Origin: Podarcis bocagei
Lineage: Eukaryota
Direction: 5' to 3' (one strand)
DNA length: 64,000 bases
Assembly (NCBI GenBank): GCA_964188305.1
Contig: OZ076904.1
The position numbers and the translations under genes are program-made. The notes under the pieces are model-generated. The model saw nothing but the letters and a program-made list of their open reading frames with translations, made no database searches and was not told the DNA's origin. This document shows positions 55,816-64,000 of the stretch, piece by piece (position 1 is the first letter of the stretch; every line of letters starts with the position of its first letter).

Positions 55816-56566
55816 CCTGCAGCTGGATCCCACCATGGACTCTCCTTCCTTGGAGGTTTTTAAGCAGAGGTTGGATGGCCATCTCTAATGGATGCTTTAG
55901 TTGAGATTCCTGCATTGGACAGAGTTCCCCCAGGAGAAATGTTGGGGAGTAAGCTACTATTACTAAGACTAACAATGATATTTTACAGGTCTCTCCACAG
56001 TCGAAATCAGCATCTGCGTGGATTGCAGTTTTCAAAAAGGGGAAGGAAATACCTGCCATGGTCAGATCCAGCTCCTTCTTTGGTCTTTGTGAGTAAAGTT
56101 CAGGCCAAACTTCCAACTCTCCCAAACACACCCCTTGACTTCTGTCCAACATGTTTTTCTCCAGCTCTGCACCTGCTACTTGAGTCATTCAAGACTTCAG
56201 AAAGTTATTGTGGTGAAACTTATTCCACTTGGAATAATCAAAATTATAGTCATCTCATCTTCTGAAAGCTCAGGAGATATTTCTGGAGATTACATCAGCC
56301 TCAGAAAGTAGCATGACAATATTAATTGTGCTGTGTCTGGGAAAGAAAAAGTTAGTGCAGATAATATTTCCTGTGATGCAGACAGACTGAGTCAAGCTGC
56401 AGAGCTGGTGAAAGAGGGGTGCGCCTGCCTTGGGCTTCCTAGCTCTGAAGGTAGAGTTGAAAACCACCCAGATTGGGAAATCCCAGGCAGTCTGACCTTG
56501 CAAGAGTCTTTGGGTTCTTCTGCTTTGTGTCTTTGGCAGGTAAGAGGAGGAGGAGGCAGAGCCAGA

Positions 56567-56793
56567 ATGAGATCCCTGCTCCTTCTGTTGCTGCTTCTGC
56601 TGCTCATGATGCTCTTTGGAGTCTGCGGGAACCACAAGGCGAAATGCCCCTTGAATCTGGTCAGGGATCAAACGGATGCTCGCAATTACTACTGGCCTGG
56701 ACACTTTCTCATCAGTGGGATCATCTCGCCAAAACGTTTATATGAAGAAACTCCATACATCTTTTCTCAGACACCCTTCGCTAGGATTGAAAA
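56567..56793 (+). CDS. V2R-E exon 1
   Basis: Signal peptide; AA/gtatgt donor. Confidence 0.88.
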
Positions 56794-59700
56794 GTATGTA
56801 CCTCACAGTTTCATGGTCCTCCAGTCCTTCTAGAGGTTCCTATTTATCAAGGAAATAGCCCCTTTCTCAGGGCTGGGGAGCCAAGGGCTGATGTTGCTGT
56901 ACTACCCTGCCCTTAACCTTTGGGCTTGCTGGCTGGGGGTGATGGGAGCTGGGGGGGGGGTCCTAGTAAAAGATTCCACCCAACCCTCTCCTATTTCCAT
57001 GTTCTCTGGGTCTTCCTTAGGAAAACACTTTCCTACCTTTGATTCTGTGTTGCTTTTAGAAGAATGCAAGAATGTTAGTGAATCTGGTCAGGGTTCAAAA
57101 GGATGCACTGAATTTCCCCACCTGCAGGATGCCATGAAACTCAGGCAATTTCCAAGGCTCAAAGGTTTCATTCAATATTATTCCATTTGGACAATTTAGA
57201 AACTGTCGTTAAGGAATGTTACAGTTTTACAAATGGAATTTTAAGATCCTCTAGGTGACTTTTGGTGGCTGAAGAGCAGGAAAGATGTACTTTAATTGGA
57301 ATGATGAATAAAATAATATGAATCAGGAGACTTCCTTGTTCGTGGAGTCAGGTCTCTAAAATATGAAGAGGAATTATTCCTTTTTTCACATACACAACTG
57401 GCCTCATTTCTAAGTAGTGAGATGTTTGATATTTCTTCACTTGGAATCCATAGGTACCTGTTTCCTATCCCAGAGGGAGGCATGAAACTCAAGCAATTTC
57501 CAAGATGCCAAAATTATTTTATCTTTATTCTATTTGGATCATTTGTGAACAACCTTAGCACAGTTCTCTTAACACAATACCACAGGAGACCTACAGCCCA
57601 CCATGGGCTACATTAAAGGTTTCCTCCTCCAATCTCAGCACTTTTTCCTTTCTGTCACTGCTTTTTAAAAAAAATAAAATAGAAGCGTTTTAAGAAACTC
57701 TTGAAAATGGGTGGATTTTTATGGGTGAAAGCAGGAACGATATGCTTCAAATAAAATGGTTATATAAAATAACCAGGGGGTGTCCTCACTGGTGGAGTCA
57801 GTGATCCAAACATGGGCAAAATTATAATTTTACCACACACTCAAACCTGAAAGCCACCAGGCCTCATTTGTAACTAAAAGGGGACTGAGGTATTTGGTGC
57901 TTCCCCTCCTTCAATAAAATTGTCTCTTATCTACCTATAGTCTAGCCCCTTGGAAGAAGTCAAAGACCAATGCAGGAAAAGCAGGCTTTGCAGCAACTTC
58001 CCAGTATATCACACATTTTGAGGGGCGTCTTCATTTTTTACTCATAGAATCACAGTAGAAAAGAATCATAGAGTTGTAGAGATGGAAGGAACCCAGAGGA
58101 ATCTCACCTGAAGCATCCATGACACATGGTCAACTTCGGAGGGAGTCTGTTCCACTGTTGAACAGCTCTGTGTGCTGTTTGCATCAAAGCTCCGGTCATG
58201 GAGCAGAGGACTCCAAATATTTGTTCTATGCTAGACAGGAAAAGGTTTGATATTAATGTAAAAGGATAAATAAATACTAATCTTTGTGAATCATATAATA
58301 TTCCCTCCCTTCCAATCATATGAATATCAGTTTCACTCTTTTTAAAGGATTCATTTATTGCAGGGAGGCAGCTAGGTTCTCCCGGTACATGTTGTCTTTC
58401 CTGTTCACCATCCAAGAGATCAACCAGGATCTCAGGCTCTTACCCAACATCACCCTGGGCTACAACATCTATGAGAACTATTTCGATGCAAGGATGACTT
58501 CAGACGCCATGCTAGAGCTGCTTGCAGGCAGTGGATGCAATATTCCCAATTATCACTGTGGAGAACAGAATCCCCTGCTGGCTGTTCTTGAAAGAGGCAG
58601 TACTGTCATCTCAAAAGTGATTTCAGCCTTGTCAGGCATCTACAAAACCCCACAGGTAAGTAGTGGGAGAGCATGGAAGCATAGAGAATTTCAACTGCAT
58701 AAAATTCTACTTTCTTTCTGGAGAGGTCAAGTGGGGATATTTTTAAAAATGGGAAAATCCTGAGCTATGGATCCAACATCCCTTTTTCAAAACTGAGCCT
58801 TCACCAACTTGTCACCTCCAGATGTTTCAGACTAAAACTCCCATCAGCGTCAGCCAGCAGAGATTTAGATGTCAGTCATTTCAGATAATTAAATATCTGT
58901 TATGCTGAAAGTAAAATAAATTGCTGATCTTTTGCTTTCCTTCCTAGATGAGTTATGGCTTCACTGCCCAGGTTCTCGAAGGTAAAACCCTGTTCCCTTT
59001 TGTCTACCGGATGATTCCCAAAGAGGAAAGTCAGTACCAGGGGATTGTTGAATTGCTCCTGCATTTTGGATGGACGTGGATTGGCCTCTGCACTCCAGAC
59101 AGTGACAGTGGAGAAAGATTTGAGAGCGCTGTGAAACCTCTGATGCTCAGCAAAGGGATCTGCATTGCTTTATCAAAAAGAGTACCAGAAAGTTATTTTG
59201 ATGAATTTATAACACCTGGGGAACCATTTTTCCTATGGAGACAAATTGGGGTATTTGTTTCCTATATAACCAATGCACATGTTATCATAATACTCATGGC
59301 AATAAACCATATCTATGAGAAGGAAATAGGAGCGAAAGTCTGGATCACAACAGCTTTGCTAGAAATCAGAATTGGCTTTTTCCTCCCTCCAAATCTATTC
59401 CAGCACCTCCATGGTTCTCTGTCCTTTGCAATTCAGACTGGAATAAGGAGCAGCAAAGGTGACAAATATAAATTGCAGACCAATCTTGGGGATTATTTCA
59501 ATCAAGCATTTCAGTGTTCATATTCAAAGCACCTGTTGTCCGTGAAAGGCAGAATAAGATGCAGAGAGGAGGAGAAACTGCAGCCATTGCCCCAAGAGGA
59601 GCGTGAGAGAGTCCTGTCTTATGACAGCTATGGCACTTACATCAATGTTCAGGCTGTGGCTCAGGCCTTGCATGCTTCGCTTTCATCTAGATCCCAGAGG

Positions 59701-62700
59701 AGGCTGATGGTGGAGGAAGGAGAGCAATGGGGACCCCAAAGGCTACAGCCGTGGCAGGTATTTCCTTCCCCCTTTTGCAAACTGCAGTCCACACAGATGC
59801 TGATCTTGACTGGGGATAAACCTGTAAAATATCATAGTTACTATTAGTAATAGTAGCTTACCTTCCAACATGTCTCCGATGAAAATAGGGATGTCCCATC
59901 CCATAACGATCATTTTGCGATTTATACCCAGGGCTTTCTTCAGGGGGAACCAGCTGGAACTCAGCTCCAGCACCTCTCAACTGGGTGCCATTTTGACCTT
60001 TGGAGGGTCTGTAGTGATAATATTAGTATTATTCTGTTTATATATCAACTTTCATCTGAAGATTACAGGGTGGTTTGCAGAATAAAAATACAAAATGAGA
60101 ATAGAAAAAGCAAACGAAAGAAAGAAAACAAGCAAACGAAAAGCACATTAAAATGCCCAGAGATGGTTTTATCCACCCAAATCCTGGTTACAGAATAACT
60201 TTCTCGCCTGGCACCTAAAGATTTGTCACAAAGGTGTCTAGGGAGCCTCTCTGGGAGAACATCCCCCAAGCAAGGCGCCACCACAGAAAAGTCCTGTTGT
60301 CGTGCTGCCACCCTCCAGATATCTCTATTTTTTTTACATAGATTTTATTTGTTTTTTTTTCCATTTCTTTCCAAGCGCCTGTATAGTTATTCTTAAAAAT
60401 ATTTATGTTTGTAGCTGTTATCCATACTCCTAAATATTAAACTTTCTTCTCAATCATCAGTTCCATTTTTTGTCTTTTTTATATTGCTCTGTCACATTTT
60501 AAACCAATACTTTCGTTCTACCTTTATTTAGTTTAAAACCTGCTACTTCTCCAACTTGAGAATCTGTTCAAGACCCTTGGTTGGCTAGCCATGGGGTCTT
60601 CTACAATTACCACATGGTCATCTGCAAATGCCTTGAGTTTATATGCTTTGTAACCTAATGTTGGGAGATGGGTGGCGCTGTGGGTTAAACCAGAGAGCCT
60701 ACGACTTGCAGATCAGAAGGTCGGCGGTTCAAATCCCCGCGACGGGGTGAGCTCCCATTGCTCGGTCCCTGCTTCTGCCAACCTAGCAGTTCGAAAGCAC
60801 GTCCAAGTCCAAGTAGATAAATAGGTACCGCTCCGGCGGGAAGGTAAACGGCGTTTCCGTGCGCTGCTCTGGTTCGCCAGAAGAGGCTTAGTCCTGCTGG
60901 CCACATGACCTGGAAGCTGTACGCCGGCTCCCTTGGCCAATAAAGCGATATGAGCGCCGCAACCCCAGAGTTGGCCGCGACTGGACCTAATGGTCAGGGG
61001 TCCCTTTACCTTTACCTTTAACCTATGTTATCCCTTTTATTTCTTCATCTGATCTTCTACTTCTGGCCAGGGTCTCTAAAACTAAAATAATAATGGTGAC
61101 TGAGGATATCCCTGTCTTGTCCCTTTCATTATTTTGAATTTTTCTGTTATTACGTTGTTTACTATCATCATAGCCTGTTAGTCAGAATAAATTGTGTCAA
61201 TTCCTCTAAGTACAGTGGTACCTCGGGTTACAGACGCTTCAGGTTACAGACTCTGGCAACCCAGAAATAGTACCTGGGGTTAAGAACTTTGCTTCAGGAT
61301 GAGAACAGAAATCGCGCAGCGGCAGCGTAAGGCCCCATTAGCTAAAGTGGTACCTCAGGTTAAGAACAGTGTCAGGTTAAGAATGGACCTCCAGAACAAT
61401 TTAAGTTCTTAACCTGAGGTACCACTGTAATGACTCTCTGAATTTCATCATCTCTATAGTCTTCTTCGTAGAAGTCCATGAAAAAATGGTCAAAGGCCTT
61501 CTCTGCATCTATAAAAATTAGCACTGCTTGCTTATCATTTCTAACCTCCAGATATTCTATCAATTATATACCTTATATTCTCCTTCATCTGGCGGCCTGG
61601 CAAAAAACCAGCCTGGTCCTGATGAATTAAATCCATTGATAGCACTTTCATGTCGTTTGCCAATAGGTCTGCAAACAGTTTATAGTCATTATTTAATAGA
61701 GAAATCAGCCTATCATTTTTTACTGATAACAGATCTGTATCTTTTTTTCAGAATCAGCGTAATGTAAGTATCTTAAATCTTTTAGTGGTTGTGCCAAATA
61801 ATCTTGTAATTTCTTATAGTACTTTGCTGATAGCCCCCCTGGCCCTGGTGTTTTCCCCATTTTGGCTTGATTAATTGCCTGTTGTAGCTTCCCAGTTTCT
61901 TAATGCTGGCGCTTTCCCCTGCCATTCCAGCTTCACCCTTTCTTGAGAGAAATCCGGTGTCTGAATACTTCCAGGGGCAGGCTGTGCTTGGATGAGAACT
62001 GGGAGCTGCCAGCGGACTTCAATATTATGAACTGGGCGATCTATCCCAATAAGTCTCGTGCCCTTGTGAAAATTGGGAATATAAGGAGAGGAGCATCTGC
62101 TGGCATAAAGTTCACCATTAACCCAGAAGCCATTGAGTGGAACAGGAAATTCAATAAGGTAGGGGGGATAATTGGGGGAGGGGGCTAGGAGATCCTGATT
62201 GTGCTGTTCCTTGAACAACCACAGCAGAATGACCATGTCAGGTTGACTGTCCAGTAACAGCTGGAACCAGCACGCCTTCTTTCTACAGCAGCTGAGATAG
62301 GAGGGGAATTTGGGATGCTCAAATAAAGGATATTGACCTTTCATACATGCAGAAGGATGAAAAGTAATTTATTTTACAAATGATAATTACTGATTTATTG
62401 TATATTTTTTAAATTTGTGAGTAAGCTCACTTGTATTAAATTTGTCTCAATTTGTGGTTGATGTGGTGAAAATCAATTAAGGCAATTTGGCAAAAAAACA
62501 ACCAAAACCCAACTCTCCTTTCAGTTGGGCATTGAACAGCAAAGCGCTTTCTCTCTCTCTCTCTGACACACACAAACACGAGAATGAACCGTGTGTGAGA
62601 TTATTCGAATCCTGAAATTTGGGGGAATCACATGTCAGACCCATTGTCATTTGCTTAGAAGTTCTTTTAAGAAGGGAAACAGGTAAATGGAGAAGAGGAA

Positions 62701-64000
62701 ACAGAGTTCTGTGGCTCAAACCTCAGCTGTACTGAACTCAATTTAAAGCACAAGATATTCCGGTCACCCCAATGGTCAGCGGGGGGTTGAAAGGACCCTG
62801 ATGAGGGGTCAAGGCTGCATTCCAGAGATCATGTTCTGCAGCTAAAGAGAACTGACCGCATTAAGGGAATGGGGAGATGGCAGGCAACTGGGATCTCTCA
62901 GGATTCCCTGCCAGACAGACCCCTCCCCAACCTCTATGTGATTGATGTAGAGCTGTGATGATTTCCTGAATGATTCATTGGGGGCCACAACTGCAAATCT
63001 TGGGGTAGATCAGGGTTTCCCAAACTTGGGTCCCCAGCTGTCTTTGGACTACAGCTCCCATCATCCTGAGCTGGCAAGACCAGTTGTCAGGGATCACCAC
63101 CATGCTTTAGAGATCGCGTTGAGTGAATTACATACACACAAATACTCCTAACTGTTCCTCTTTGTTGCACCTTCTTGTCTTTCTGGTTAGGCCGTACCTC
63201 GTTCCAGGTGTACAGAAAGATGTCGACCTGGATATGCCAAGGTGGTCCTAGAAGGAAAGCCCATTTGCTGCTATGCTTGTGCTCAGTGTGCAGAAGGGAC
63301 CTTCTCCACTCGGGAAGGTGGGTGATTCCAAAGGGGAAGAAATTCCTGGAGAGAGTAAACACAGGGCAGAAATTCAGTCTCACACACTTTTTGTGAGAAT
63401 TCTGCAGACATAGGGGAATGGGAATCCTTCCTTGACTTCCTTAGTATTAATCACCTTTATTACATCCAGGAAGTGAGTTGATAGGAATGACCATAAGGAA
63501 GAAATATCTGGGGTGCAAAATGGGCAGCTGTGAGAGGAATGTCCGCAAAGCATTCCTTTTTGATTTTTTAGACCAAGCCACACAAAAAGGAAATAATGTT
63601 GACACTTATCAAAAATAATGGATAGATGATGAAAAGCAGCAAATTACTAACAGCAAAAGCACAATAAAAATAAATACTTCATGTGAAAATTATTACAATA
63701 TAATCTATGGACCGTTTTGATCTCACTGCTATGAACATTGCATGGAAGCAATGTCTGCATTTTAAAGGTTCAGACAAAGAGGAATAGGCAGGATCCAAAC
63801 AATGCAGTTAACAGAAGCGGAGTGGTCACTGCCTCTCAGTTGATCCCAGATCACAATGTTAATAGAGCACAGATCATTAGGGATGTAAGTGATGCTGCAG
63901 CCATTCTTATTCTCTTCCCCAGATGCAGAACATTGCACCAAATGCCCAGAAGATCACCATTCAAACAAGGACAGAGATCAATGTGTCCCCAAGATTACCA
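56567..64000 (+). CDS. V2R-E: vomeronasal type-2 receptor, inverted orientation, 3'-truncated by window (exons 56567-56793, 58364-58655, 58948-59757, 61931-62158, 63191-63317, 63923->64000)
   Basis: 227/292/810/228/127-nt exons, frame-consistent and GT-AG. Confidence 0.92.
58364..58655 (+). CDS. V2R-E exon 2
   Basis: 292 nt. Confidence 0.93.
58948..59757 (+). CDS. V2R-E exon 3
   Basis: 810 nt. Confidence 0.95.
60663..61019 (+). mobile_element. Sauria SINE, same insertion as in B and C intron 3
   Basis: Same sequence and same L1 position. Confidence 0.87.
61931..62158 (+). CDS. V2R-E exon 4
   Basis: 228 nt. Confidence 0.92.
63191..63317 (+). CDS. V2R-E exon 5
   Basis: 127 nt, Cys-rich. 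Confidence 0.92.
63923..64000 (+). CDS. V2R-E exon 6 start
   Basis: ccccag then [26 protein letters not shown]. Confidence 0.9.
   Translation, partial: MQNIAPNAQKITIQTRTEINVSPRLP

Larger units (their letters stand above)
49990..56061 (-). pseudogene. V2R-F pseudogene fragment: last codons of exon 3 (56053-56061), intron 3, exon 4 with in-frame stop (53317-53544), part of intron 4
   Basis: PWQ/gtattt donor remnant; exon 4 reads LHPFL*; intron-4 homology at about 49990-50070, 52215-52275 and 52960-53316; no exons 1, 2, 5 or 6. Confidence 0.85.

Overview
Vertebrate genomic DNA from a squamate reptile, probably a lacertid lizard (inferred from Sauria SINEs and the L1/L2/CR1/Rex1 repertoire). 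The window is a tandem cluster of vomeronasal type-2 receptor (V2R, class C GPCR) genes with the canonical 6-exon layout (about 227/292/810/228/127/899 nt). It holds three complete minus-strand genes (B 15047-23363, C 27612-35250, D 39599-47706), the 5' part of a fourth (A, <1-3149), an inverted plus-strand gene running off the window (E, 56567->64000) and a disrupted pseudogene fragment (F, about 49990-56061). Between V2R-A and V2R-B lies an unrelated multi-exon orphan gene (minus strand, 5846-11680) built from duplicated symmetric exons; the ORF track does not reveal it. Other notable items: a complete 1.86-kb ORF2-less L1-like retroposon with its own 201-aa ORF, a solo LTR almost filled by one ORF, and patchwork exchange of hypervariable segments among the V2R ligand-binding exons. 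Exon coordinates were read by hand from splice signals and paralog comparison; no database search was possible.
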